DNA from: an uncultured archaeon
GTDB lineage: Archaea > Aenigmatarchaeota > Aenigmatarchaeia > QMZP01 > JACQNV01
Direction: 5' to 3'
Assembly: GCA_964410585.1 (NCBI GenBank)
Contig: CAYPFW010000001.1
Location: 447,814 to 511,813, forward strand
Length of the DNA stretch: 64,000 nt
Position numbers and translations under genes: made by a program. The notes beneath the pieces were generated by a model. It was given only the letters and a program-made list of their open reading frames with translations. It did not search any database and was not told the origin of the DNA. Position 1 is the first letter of the stretch. Every line of letters starts with the position of its first letter. Below, in pieces: positions 44,094-52,565 of the stretch.

Positions 44094-44420
44094 TTAGCCA
44101 TATCCAAATCTTCTCTCATAATTTTTGTGATCAAACCACTCAAGTAAGATAGCCATTATTTTAATTTCGTCTTTTGCTATTGTGTATATTAGTCTCCAAG
44201 CGTTTGGCAAATCATATTTCCACAAATTGTCTATTTTGTATTTCTTGATGTATTCTTTCGGCCACAAATCTTGAGGAATCTTTATTCCACAATTTGGATT
44301 CTTTTTCAAATCATCGGTTGCTCTTTCAAGAAATTTGTAAAGCTGAGGATCTTCAGATTCTGCCTTTTCGTACTCCTCCTTTGTTTTCTCATCTATAAAA
44401 CCAACAAACACATTTGTCAT
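44094..44420 (-). CDS. RelE/YoeB-like type II toxin
   Basis: 108 aa with ...NLWKYDLPNAWRLIYTI...ILLEWFDHKNYERRFGY. 4-nt overlap with the upstream small ORF. Confidence 0.6.
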   Translation of the reverse strand: MTNVFVGFIDEKTKEEYEKAESEDPQLYKFLERATDDLKKNPNCGIKIPQDLWPKEYIKKYKIDNLWKYDLPNAWRLIYTIAKDEIKIMAILLEWFDHKNYERRFGYG

Positions 44421-44680
44421 TTTAATATCAATCCTTTTTGTGTCACTTTCCTAATTAGTTCTGGGTTCCATATCCATACTATCTTTTCATCTTTGCCTAT
44501 CGTAATTTTTCCCAGTTCTTCCAGATAATCAATTATCATGGAAAATGTTTGGTACATAACTTGCTTGGGGAGCGCTTTCCACAACTCTGTTTTCGTTGGG
44601 TAAAAACCCAAATTTTTTATAGTGTCCTCTACCATCAATACCGTGTCCAGTCTTGGATAGTGCAAAATATTTTGGCTCAT
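44417..44680 (-). CDS. Small DNA-binding/antitoxin-like protein (paralog of 23176-23439)
   Basis: MSQNILHYPRLDTVLMVEDTIKN.... It sits upstream of and overlaps the toxin. The palindromic promoter copy is at 44689-44707. Confidence 0.6.
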   Translation of the reverse strand: MSQNILHYPRLDTVLMVEDTIKNLGFYPTKTELWKALPKQVMYQTFSMIIDYLEELGKITIGKDEKIVWIWNPELIRKVTQKGLILK

Positions 44681-44711
44681 GTAATTATATAAGTTTATAT
44701 AACTTATAAAG

Positions 44712-45599
44712 CTATCTGTTGTCTCCATATATCCCATCCAGAGGACTCCTAACTTTTATCAAAGTTGGTGCAGCTGTGTGTAGATAAATTTGTGTGGTTT
44801 CTGGGCTTTTGTGGCCGAGCAGGCCTTGGACTTCTGAAACAGAGCAACCGTTTTCAATCAAGTGGGTTGCGAAGGAATGTCTTAAAGTGTGAGGATGAAC
44901 CTTCTTTCCAATTTTGGATTTTTTTGAGGCCTTTTTCAGGATTTGCTGGATGCTGCGGACGCTGTATTTGGTTTTTTGGTTTGTAAGAAAGAGTGGGTTT
45001 TCTGGGAGAAGACCTTCATCTTGGATAAGTTTTCGGATTGCTGATTTCAGGCTTTCTGCGATAATAAACAATCTGTCTTTATTTCCTTTGCCTCCTCTAA
45101 CCCAGCCATAGTTGTTTTCAAGATTCAATTCCTTTACAGTTAAATTTACAAGTTCAGAAACCCGCATACCAGAAGAGTATAGGAATTCTATCATCAGCTT
45201 GTGTTTTTGATTTTGTACTGAGGAAAATAATTTTTGAATTTCATCTTTGGTCAAAACAACTGGAATTTTCTCTGGAACTTTGGAGTAGCTTATATCTATC
45301 CAAATTCTTTTGTCAAGGACTTCTTCAAACAAAAATCTGATCGCCATGTGGTAGACGTTCATTGTGCTGCCTGATTTTTCTTTTTCAGAGAGATTTTCAA
45401 GAAATTCGCGGACATCTTTTTTGCCTATTTTATCCAGACTCTTTCTAGAGAATTTTAGAAATTGATCGATACAATAAATATAGGTCTCAGATGTTCTGGG
45501 ACTATAGTTTCTTCTTCTACATTCTTTTTCGAGAGAAGATTTCCAATCGATAGGTGTGTAGGACATACGATTTATGTATATTTTTAATTCTTTTGGCAT
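44712..45599 (-). CDS. Tyrosine site-specific recombinase (Xer/integron-integrase-like)
   Basis: SAM-like N-terminal domain. Catalytic positions are R (GMRVSEL), HTLRHSF, LLGHKS and IYLH. C-terminal IKVRSPLD resembles the IntI1 C-terminus GVRSPLD. Confidence 0.85.
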   Translation of the reverse strand: MPKELKIYINRMSYTPIDWKSSLEKECRRRNYSPRTSETYIYCIDQFLKFSRKSLDKIGKKDVREFLENLSEKEKSGSTMNVYHMAIRFLFEEVLDKRIWIDISYSKVPEKIPVVLTKDEIQKLFSSVQNQKHKLMIEFLYSSGMRVSELVNLTVKELNLENNYGWVRGGKGNKDRLFIIAESLKSAIRKLIQDEGLLPENPLFLTNQKTKYSVRSIQQILKKASKKSKIGKKVHPHTLRHSFATHLIENGCSVSEVQGLLGHKSPETTQIYLHTAAPTLIKVRSPLDGIYGDNR

Positions 45600-45624
45600 G
45601 GTAGCTGACAGTATCTGGAAATTT

Positions 45625-45831
45625 TCAAGCTGCTTGTAGAGAAGAAATTGTGTTTTTAGGGACTACTTTGCTTGCTGAAAGGATTTCTATTCCAATTAAT
45701 TTTTTGTTTGAGTCAAAATCGAGGACAATATTTTCGTTCATAGACACTGTGCTCTTTACTTCGCCTTTGGAGATTTTGTCCTTTAGGTAAATGTAGGCTG
45801 CATCTGCTTCTTTGTCGTATGTTATTTTCAT
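45625..45831 (-). CDS. DUF2283-family small protein (antitoxin-like partner)
   Basis: ITYDKEADAAYIYL...LIGIEILSAS pattern. Confidence 0.65.
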   Translation of the reverse strand: MKITYDKEADAAYIYLKDKISKGEVKSTVSMNENIVLDFDSNKKLIGIEILSASKVVPKNTISSLQAA

Positions 45832-45835
45832 ATCT

Positions 45836-46051
45836 CTAGTAGACTGTTATTATAATTATAGTGTCTTTTTCTTCCTTATAAACAACCTCTATAGTGCGGT
45901 TGCTAATTTTTTTGGTAGCTGTGTTTCTATCTTTGAACGATGATATTGAATAATCATAAGAATATATGGTTTGTTCAACTTGTTCTTTTGATATGTCACG
46001 CTCTTCCATTCTCTGTTTAGCATGGTTTGTGTACACTATTCTTTTTGGCAT
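45836..46051 (-). CDS. DUF4258-family toxin-like protein
   Basis: YTNHAKQRMEERDISKEQVEQTI signature. Confidence 0.65.
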   Translation of the reverse strand: MPKRIVYTNHAKQRMEERDISKEQVEQTIYSYDYSISSFKDRNTATKKISNRTIEVVYKEEKDTIIIITVY

Positions 46052-46085
46052 AAGACATTAGATCTAGAAATATCATCTTACAAAA

Positions 46086-46430
46086 TCAGTTAGCATAGTC
46101 TTCTTGAGAAAGAACAACGCTCAATTTTATTGGTCCGTCTTCTATTGGTTTTAGCCTCATTTTCAGAATTTCGTTGAAAAAGAAGCTAAGAGAATTCGAA
46201 ATAAGTTGTGGGAAAGCCCCTGATTTGTTGGAGAGCTCTTTTTCCAAATATTCTTGCAAATCGCTTTCTGTTATTTCTTCCAACGGTTTGTCTATCTTAA
46301 AAACAAACTTTTTAATGTTGAAAAGATGTGTTGCTATTGTTTCTTCTGGCAGATTCTTGAGCCTCATTTCCCTGTATGCAACAAATATTGGGTCAATATC
46401 CATTTCCATAATACTCCTCCTATTCATCAC
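46086..46430 (-). CDS. Stand-alone integrase N-terminal SAM-like (core-binding) domain protein
   Basis: Helical pattern ...EETIATHLFNIKKFVFKI...ITESDLQEYLEK...SLSFFFNEIL without any catalytic domain. Confidence 0.5.
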   Translation of the reverse strand: MMNRRSIMEMDIDPIFVAYREMRLKNLPEETIATHLFNIKKFVFKIDKPLEEITESDLQEYLEKELSNKSGAFPQLISNSLSFFFNEILKMRLKPIEDGPIKLSVVLSQEDYAN

Positions 46431-46758
46431 TCATTGCAATCTCCCTGAAAAGGAGATGTATAGCGTCTCTTGCAATTTTTTTATTTGATTGTATTTGGTT
46501 TAGGTAATCGTTAAGGTCTTCCTCGCAGGCTGCTGATGGGTCCTTTTCCAAAAAGTTTAGGAACCCGTATATGTGGAACCAGTAGTCTTTTATTTCCTCT
46601 TTTGAGAGGCTTCTTCTCTCCATTTCTAGAGAAAGTTTAAACTCTAATGTCCTTGGATAAAAATCCAAAGCTGTGGAAAATTCTAAGAAGGCTCCTTGGA
46701 CAATTTGTTTTTCCAATTCATCGGCCTTTGGAGGGCAAGATTGTAACATAATGATCAC
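46420..46758 (-). CDS. Second stand-alone integrase SAM-like domain protein
   Basis: ...YWFHIYGFLNFLEKDPSAACEEDLNDYLNQI...IHLLFREI. An S-repeat box lies directly upstream. Confidence 0.45.
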   Translation of the reverse strand: MIIMLQSCPPKADELEKQIVQGAFLEFSTALDFYPRTLEFKLSLEMERRSLSKEEIKDYWFHIYGFLNFLEKDPSAACEEDLNDYLNQIQSNKKIARDAIHLLFREIAMSDE

Positions 46759-46761
46759 TTA

Positions 46762-46856
46762 AATTGTAATTTAGTTTTCTTTTGGGATACCTTACCACTT
46801 CTCTAGTTGTAAACTTTTGATCAACCTTTTCTTAAAAGGTTGAGAAAGGGGAAGTT
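46762..46856 (-). repeat. S repeat (reverse) with a Z hairpin nested in its loop
   Basis: TTTAGTTTTCTTTTGGGATACCTTACCACTTCTC ... TCAACCTTTT-CTT-AAAAGGTTGA (46821-46843) ... GAGAAAGGGGAAG. Confidence 0.7.
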
Positions 46857-46969
46857 GGAGGGGTATCCTTCGGGGGCAATCCGAAGGTTGCTGACATGTA
46901 TTTCAGTCAGCTCTCCACAATAAGACGTTCTTTTGGACAGTATATAAGGCAAACCCAAGGGTAGCTTTC

Positions 46970-47100
46970 CGCAATTCCAATTTCGGTGTTATATTGGCTA
47001 TGTATATCGATTTTCGAGATTCCAATAAATTCCACAAAGAAACAGTGTTATTTATTTTTATGCTTCAATAAAATAGATGAGGAAAGATTTGGTCAAAATT
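46970..47100. other. Candidate replication-origin features (ORB-like TTCCA boxes plus an AT-rich tract)
   Basis: AATTCCAATTTCGG, GATTCCAATAAATTCCACAAAGAAAC, then TGTTATTTATTTTTATGCTTCAATAAAATAG. A further AGTTCCAATTTTGA lies at 48640-48655 on the other side of cdc6. Confidence 0.25.
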
Positions 47101-47172
47101 TATAGAGAGGATAGGAGACGATTAGCTAGACAAATTTATGCGGAATTTTTATCTTGAGACTCTCGCGGAGTT

Positions 47173-47511
47173 TTGGATTTGGTTAGATCAAAGGGATATG
47201 AGGTAGATGGTCTTCAAATTAGAGGCGATATACAAGTTGATTTTTATGCAACAAAACCAGTAGGACAGAGAAAAATTTATGTTGCTGCACCTGTTTTAGA
47301 TGATAAGGGACACAAACTTTTGATAAGAGGTGAGGCATATGGCAACCCATTATTTGATTTGCATAGGGGAGTTCATCTTGTTTTGCATCCACCTCGCCAG
47401 GAGGAATCTGATCTTGATCAGCTTTTTGAGGCAGTATCTCAACAATTTCCACCGCTACTGTTACTTAAGTTGTTTTATAGGGATGTAAATAAAAGAAGAG
47501 AAGCCTTATAG
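47173..47511 (+). CDS. Hypothetical protein (TTG start, weak)
   Basis: 112-aa ORF with no ATG start and no recognisable motif. Confidence 0.3.
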   Translation: MDLVRSKGYEVDGLQIRGDIQVDFYATKPVGQRKIYVAAPVLDDKGHKLLIRGEAYGNPLFDLHRGVHLVLHPPRQEESDLDQLFEAVSQQFPPLLLLKLFYRDVNKRREAL

Positions 47512-47579
47512 AACCAAGGAATAGCAGACGGTTTGGATGTTGTAGAGGAACTTATTTTAGAAAACGATAGCATGCTAAG

Positions 47580-48599
47580 TTAAATAGTATAAATCCTTCC
47601 CCTACCATCTCCAACAAGTTTGATCAGCTTATAGTGTTCCAATTTATCTAAATAATTCCTTGCTGTCCTGTCAACTATTTTTTCCAGTTTATTTTTTTCA
47701 CATAACTCTTCAAATTTTTTGTAGAAGTCTTGAGGCGCTATTTTTCCTGAAGCACAAATAATTTCATACATTAGTTTTTGATGCTTGTTTAGAGAGGATA
47801 TTAGATCATTTCTTCCAACGATTTTGGCCTTGTGTATGAATTTATCTACAAAATCAACTGGGATTTTTTTTAAATCTTTTCTCTCTGCCTCTTCTGCAAC
47901 TATTCTTAAAGTATCTATAGCAAACCTCGAATCTCCCTCTGAAACAGAGGCTATTTTTTCAATCAATTCTTGGGAAGCCGCGTGTGGGAGGAGACCATAT
48001 TCTGCTCTGGTTTTTAGTATGTCTATTATCTCATACTCTTTGTAGTGCGGAAATTCTATGTAGTTTATTGAGGCTAACCTACTCCTTATTCTTTCCTCGA
48101 AACCAAAGAGCGCTGTCTCTTTATTTGAAATGAAAATTAAACAAGCACCCAGTGAAAGAAATTCATAGATAATTCTGTCAGATTCTATCTGGTCCACCTC
48201 ATCTAAAATTATCACACAATTCTTGCCTTTTATTTTTGCTTTAACTTTTTCCAAAAGCTCGTCTGTTGGTATGCCTTTCCTGTGGATGAATGTTTGACCA
48301 AATTCATGAAGAATATTGTAAAGTATTTGGAAATCAGAAGGTGTTGTCCAACAGTTTATGTAAGAAGATGTTACAGGAATGTGAGATTTCAGTTCCTCAA
48401 TAATAAATTTTGAGAGGCAGGTTTTTCCTGTTCCAGGTGGCCCGTACAAGAAAACATTCCTTGCCTGCTTCCCATTTACTATTGGAGAAAGGTCGTCGCG
48501 TATAGTGGATATTTGAGAATCTCTATGAATAATTTTTGATGGAATGAATTGCTCTGTTAGAACGCGAAGATCTCGGATGATTGTATTATCTGTATACAT
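47580..48599 (-). CDS. cdc6: Orc1/Cdc6 replication initiator
   Basis: AAA+ fold (LYGPPGTGKT, VIILDEVD), an initiator-specific region and a C-terminal winged helix. Confidence 0.9.
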   Translation of the reverse strand: MYTDNTIIRDLRVLTEQFIPSKIIHRDSQISTIRDDLSPIVNGKQARNVFLYGPPGTGKTCLSKFIIEELKSHIPVTSSYINCWTTPSDFQILYNILHEFGQTFIHRKGIPTDELLEKVKAKIKGKNCVIILDEVDQIESDRIIYEFLSLGACLIFISNKETALFGFEERIRSRLASINYIEFPHYKEYEIIDILKTRAEYGLLPHAASQELIEKIASVSEGDSRFAIDTLRIVAEEAERKDLKKIPVDFVDKFIHKAKIVGRNDLISSLNKHQKLMYEIICASGKIAPQDFYKKFEELCEKNKLEKIVDRTARNYLDKLEHYKLIKLVGDGRGRIYTI

Positions 48600-48659
48600 A
48601 ATCTATATTGGTTGTAGAAGTATTTATTGGAAAGGTTAAAGTTCCAATTTTGATCAAAT

Positions 48660-48692
48660 GGTTTTGGTTACAGAGGCCTCGAAAAGGCTAGC
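48660..48692 (-). repeat. Short S/X-type repeat remnant (reverse)
   Basis: GGTTTTGGTTACAGAGGCCTCGAAAAGGCTAG. Confidence 0.5.
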
Positions 48693-48719
48693 ATTTAAAA
48701 CTTACAACAAACTCTTAAT

Positions 48720-49103
48720 ATGGGATATGGAAGGCCTTTGGTCACACTGATGGTAATTGATGATCAACCAAAAGTTGATATACTTAATGTTAGCGGATTT
48801 TCGTACACAGGTATAGAGAATAGAAGAATGGTTTTCAGAAGATATTGGAGAGATCCTCAAGACCAAACATTTCAGAGATTGAATGAAGTAAATGAGGCTG
48901 TTCAAAGAGGCCGCGGTTTGGAATACACAAACGTTGTGCATGTAGAAAGAAAAGGCTATATTTTTGAGGTCACATGTTTTTTTGAGGGTCCTGTGCTTAG
49001 CATGCTAAATGGAAAAAGAGCGATTATTAAAACAGAAAAAAATCCAGACCATTTTGTGACACAGAGTTTTAGGGAAGCTGCGGAAAAACTTTTACAAAGT
49101 TAA
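48720..49103 (+). CDS. Hypothetical protein
   Basis: 127-aa ORF with no motif. Confidence 0.45.
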   Translation: MGYGRPLVTLMVIDDQPKVDILNVSGFSYTGIENRRMVFRRYWRDPQDQTFQRLNEVNEAVQRGRGLEYTNVVHVERKGYIFEVTCFFEGPVLSMLNGKRAIIKTEKNPDHFVTQSFREAAEKLLQS

Positions 49104-49948
49104 ACTTCTAGAACAAATAAAATATGGTATTCTGGACATAAAGGTTGATCTAAACCATTGTCATCTACTTCTTTTAATTTAAGACCACACTTTTCAAAAA
49201 CATTTTTCCAACCATCTATTGTATTGTGGTTGTATGGGACTACGACCTTTTTGTCTTCATGTTGACAGAAGTGGAAAACTCTATTGTACAAATGGTCGAA
49301 GAAAAAATTTACCATCATTTGTTCCTCTGCAGAAAGTTGGCCAAGCTTTGAAGAATTTTTCATACCAAAAACAGATTCTAAAACAAGAATTCTTCCGCCT
49401 GCTTTTGTTAGCCTTTTAGCTTCGAGCAAAGTTTTTACAGGGTCATCTGCATGATGGAGAACTGTGAGCAAAAGCACGTTATCGAATTTTTCGCTTGTCG
49501 GAACCGAAGTTTGGTTACAATTAAAAAAATCAATTCCTGTTGATTGAATATTTTCGTGTTTGTAAATGTCTGTTGCAATGACTTTCATTTTCGAAATTTT
49601 TGAGACGCGCTCTGCGACTTTTCCATCACCGCAACCGAAATCAAGTACAGTTTTTCCTTCAAGATGCTTTTGTATTTGTGAGTAAATTATTTCTGCCCGA
49701 CAATCTAATTTTGCAGATATTTTTTCAGCTGTTTTTTCTCGTTCAAAAATTTCGTGGGCCCTTGATTCGTATTCGCTCAGAGTTTTGTAAGACAAGCCCA
49801 ATTCTATGATTTCTTTTACAAGATTTTCGTTGTCTATGTCTAGCGATCCTAAAATAGAAGATAGTGACTGCTCTATAAACTGCCTAGCATTTTTGTTTGC
49901 CAAGATTTCCTTTATTTCTGGGATTTGGAAATTAAATTTGCTTTTCAT
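49100..49948 (-). CDS. Class I SAM-dependent methyltransferase
   Basis: VLDFGCGDGKVAERV motif I and ILVLESV. Confidence 0.7.
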   Translation of the reverse strand: MKSKFNFQIPEIKEILANKNARQFIEQSLSSILGSLDIDNENLVKEIIELGLSYKTLSEYESRAHEIFEREKTAEKISAKLDCRAEIIYSQIQKHLEGKTVLDFGCGDGKVAERVSKISKMKVIATDIYKHENIQSTGIDFFNCNQTSVPTSEKFDNVLLLTVLHHADDPVKTLLEAKRLTKAGGRILVLESVFGMKNSSKLGQLSAEEQMMVNFFFDHLYNRVFHFCQHEDKKVVVPYNHNTIDGWKNVFEKCGLKLKEVDDNGLDQPLCPEYHILFVLEV

Positions 49949-50043
49949 ATTTAACCACTATTTAGATACTAAAGTTTAGATATATCAATCTTCTATTCCC
50001 CTCAGGGGGGAAAGTTTAAGAACACAAAAAACAATTGGTTAAC

Positions 50044-50805
50044 ATGGATACACGAGCTCTGGAAGATCTGGGTTTGACAAAGGGCGAAATCAAAGTTTAT
50101 TTGGCTCTAATTGGTCTAGGAGAAACAACATCTGGACCTTTAGTAGAAGAGTCTGGAGTATCTGTTTCCAAGGTTTACCAAATTCTAAATCGCCTTGCAA
50201 AGAAAGGTTTGGTTAGCCACATTGTAAAAGGAAAAACAAAATACTTCAAAGCAGCTGACCCAAATAGGCTTTTAGATTATTTGTCTGAAAGGGAGGATAA
50301 ACTGAAAGAGGAAAAAGAAGAGCTGAAAAAATTCATTCCTTTATTGGAAACAAAACAAAAATCTTTGCTGACTGCTGAAACTGCACAAGTTTTTGAAGGC
50401 CTTCGTGGCATACAAACCGCTAGAGAGAGGACGCTAAAAATAATGAAGCCCGGGAATGAAATGTGGCTTGTTGGAATTGCTAAAACACCTTATGAAAAGC
50501 TAACACCATATTTCAGGGAATATCATAAAAGGAGGTATGGGAAAGGAATAAAATGCAAATATCTTTACAACGAATATTCAAAAAAGCCCTATGGCGAAGT
50601 TTCAGCAACATATCCTCTGAGCGAAGTTAGATATATGCCAAAAGATGTTGTCACACATTCTTGGATGGAAATATATGCAGACACAGTGACAATTGGTTTG
50701 CACCACAAAAAATCTTTTTCTGTTGTTATTCAAAATCAGGATGTAGCAGACTCGTTCAGAGAATATGCAAAACTTTTATGGAGAATATCAAAACCACATA
50801 AATGA
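50044..50805 (+). CDS. TrmB-family transcriptional regulator (paralog of 18310-19065)
   Basis: LEDLGLTKGEIKVYLALIGLGETTSGPLVEESGVSVSKVYQILNRLAKKGLV. Confidence 0.8.
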   Translation: MDTRALEDLGLTKGEIKVYLALIGLGETTSGPLVEESGVSVSKVYQILNRLAKKGLVSHIVKGKTKYFKAADPNRLLDYLSEREDKLKEEKEELKKFIPLLETKQKSLLTAETAQVFEGLRGIQTARERTLKIMKPGNEMWLVGIAKTPYEKLTPYFREYHKRRYGKGIKCKYLYNEYSKKPYGEVSATYPLSEVRYMPKDVVTHSWMEIYADTVTIGLHHKKSFSVVIQNQDVADSFREYAKLLWRISKPHK

Positions 50806-50807
50806 TT

Positions 50808-50862
50808 TGTAAACTAGTTCTTTTGGGATACCTTACCACTTTTCTTTCTAAGAAAAGGGGGA
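50808..50862 (-). repeat. Short-form S repeat (reverse)
   Basis: TGTAAACTAGTTCTTTTGGGATACCTTACCA plus CTTTTCTTTCTAAGAAAAGGGGG. Confidence 0.75.
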
Positions 50863-50923
50863 GCTTTGGTCTATTTCTAAGCCGCATAAATAGGCTTATA
50901 TATACTGCTTTCAATCTATCCAC

Positions 50924-51664
50924 ATGTTATATTTAATTTCTCTTGGACTTGCAGATGAAAAGGATATGAGCATAAAAGGTCTTGAAACTGCAAAGAAATG
51001 TGACGCTCTTTATGTTGAATTCTATACAAATAGGCTTGAGACTAATTTGGAAAAATTGGAAAGTTTGATTGGAAAAAAAGTTGCTCAGCTCAATAGAGAG
51101 GATTTGGAAGAGAAATCAAAAAAGATTTTGAAAGAAGCTAAAACAGCTGATGTCGGGGTTTTTGTTGGCGGAGATGCATTGGCTGCGACAACACATATCT
51201 CCTTGGTTTTAGATGCAAAAAAAGAAGGAGTTCCTGTTAAAGTGATACATAGCTCTTCTATTTTCACAGGAGTTGCTGAAACTGGACTTCAGCTATACAA
51301 GTTTGGTGCGACAACTACATTGGCTTTCCCACAAGATGGATATCACCCAACATCCTGCTATGATGTTATTGTGAAGAATAAAAAAACAGGCTTACATACA
51401 CTGGTTTTGTTGGATATAAGAGAGAGATTGATGAGTGTGAAAGATGGTCTTAACACGCTTTTGGATTTGGAAAAATTAAAACAGGAAAAAATTATTTCAG
51501 CTGAAACAAAACTAATTGCTGCCTCAAACCTGGGATCTGAAAAACAAAAAATAAAATACGGGAAAGTCAAAGACTTGATGAAAGAAGAATTTGGGATGCC
51601 TGCTGTCATTGTTTTTCCTGGAGATTTGCACTTCATGGAAGAAGAGTTCTTGTCTCTTCTGTGA
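50924..51664 (+). CDS. dphB: Diphthine synthase
   Basis: MLYLISLGLADEKDMSIKGLE...LYVEFYTN and the tetrapyrrole-methylase fold pattern. Confidence 0.9.
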   Translation: MLYLISLGLADEKDMSIKGLETAKKCDALYVEFYTNRLETNLEKLESLIGKKVAQLNREDLEEKSKKILKEAKTADVGVFVGGDALAATTHISLVLDAKKEGVPVKVIHSSSIFTGVAETGLQLYKFGATTTLAFPQDGYHPTSCYDVIVKNKKTGLHTLVLLDIRERLMSVKDGLNTLLDLEKLKQEKIISAETKLIAASNLGSEKQKIKYGKVKDLMKEEFGMPAVIVFPGDLHFMEEEFLSLL

Positions 51665-51715
51665 AGAAGAGCAAGAGACATCTCAGCACTCACCTCATAG
51701 TGAGATGCTGATCTT
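51664..51715 (-). repeat. Partial X repeat (hairpin-1 module only, reverse)
   Basis: AAGAGACATCTCAGCA...TAGTGAGATGCTGATC. Confidence 0.6.
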
Positions 51716-51803
51716 GGATAGTTTATAGTTTTTGTTAACATCGTTAACCTTAACATCCAAAACTTTTTCAGTTATTTTTATTAACCGCTCCCCAATTATT
51801 TTC

Positions 51804-52373
51804 ATGCAAAACAAATCAATGATTTTGAAATCACTAATACTCGCCGTTGTTGTAGTTGTTGCACTGGTCCTTGGTTTGCAGGGGTTCGGGAAAGCTTTTC
51901 CAGACACGTTCTCTAATTTGCAAACTTTAGCTGATCAGTATGGTTTGCTTGGGGTTTTTCTTGTGATGTTTGTTGGCGGAACACTTTTTCCCCTTCCAGT
52001 TGATGCATTTTATATTGGATTGGTGAAATTGGCAATAAATCCGTGGCCTATAATTATCGCAAGCATTGTGGCTTCTTTCTTTAGTGGTTTGCTTAATTAC
52101 TACATTGGATATTTTTTGCAGGACAGGATTTTTGGCAGGTTTGTGAAAAAAGAACACTTGGAAAAAACAAAAAACCTTTTTGATAAATATGGACCAGTTG
52201 GAATAATTATTTTTGGAGCAATTCCACTAAGCCCAGTTGAAGATCCTATAAGCTTGTTTTGTGGTTTGGTAAAAATGAATGTAAAAAAGTTTGCTTTGTA
52301 CTGGCTAGTTTCTAGGGTTTTGAGCTTTGGGATTCTGACAGCTGCGGCGCTGTTTTTGAATATTGCTTTCTAG
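51804..52373 (+). CDS. DedA/VTT-domain membrane protein
   Basis: YGLLGVFLVMFVGGTLFPLPVDAF..., then KYGPVGIIIFGAIPL. ATG at 51804. Confidence 0.6.
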   Translation: MQNKSMILKSLILAVVVVVALVLGLQGFGKAFPDTFSNLQTLADQYGLLGVFLVMFVGGTLFPLPVDAFYIGLVKLAINPWPIIIASIVASFFSGLLNYYIGYFLQDRIFGRFVKKEHLEKTKNLFDKYGPVGIIIFGAIPLSPVEDPISLFCGLVKMNVKKFALYWLVSRVLSFGILTAAALFLNIAF

Positions 52374-52392
52374 TAGGAATTCAATGGGTTTG

Positions 52393-52407
52393 TATAACAG
52401 TGTTATA
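52393..52407. promoter_or_regulatory. Palindromic operator candidate 1 of 3
   Basis: TATAACAGTGTTATA. Confidence 0.55.
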
Positions 52408-52429
52408 TTTACTTGCTTTCCTGATTTAC

Positions 52430-52443
52430 ATAACACTGTTATA
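52430..52443. promoter_or_regulatory. Palindromic operator candidate 2 of 3
   Basis: ATAACACTGTTATA. Confidence 0.55.
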
Positions 52444-52499
52444 TCAACACACAGAAGGCTCGTGAAAACATGTTTAAATTTCCATATTTCAGCCTCATA

Positions 52500-52514
52500 T
52501 ATAACACTGTTATA
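52500..52514. promoter_or_regulatory. Palindromic operator candidate 3 of 3
   Basis: TATAACACTGTTATA, about 50 nt upstream of the ATG at 52566. Confidence 0.55.
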
Positions 52515-52565
52515 TCGAGGCAAAGCTTTATAAGTAACTAAAGTAACTACTACATAGTGATTGTT

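Noticed and set aside
41071-45599. A classical integron (intI plus attC cassettes).
   Set aside because: The linker junction only loosely resembles the core site: ATTGAGC against GTTRRRY. There is no R''-L''...L'-R' attC-type hairpin downstream of each ORF, the inverted repeats flank the ORFs instead, and the recombinase appears to lack the IntI-specific insertion. It is retained only as integron-like in logic.
46853-46918. The three-stem structure, considered as a tRNA or a C/D-box sRNA gene.
   Set aside because: There are only two internal hairpins, no T-loop or anticodon-loop signature, and no clear C (RUGAUGA) box paired with the CUGA. It is mentioned only as unexplained structure.
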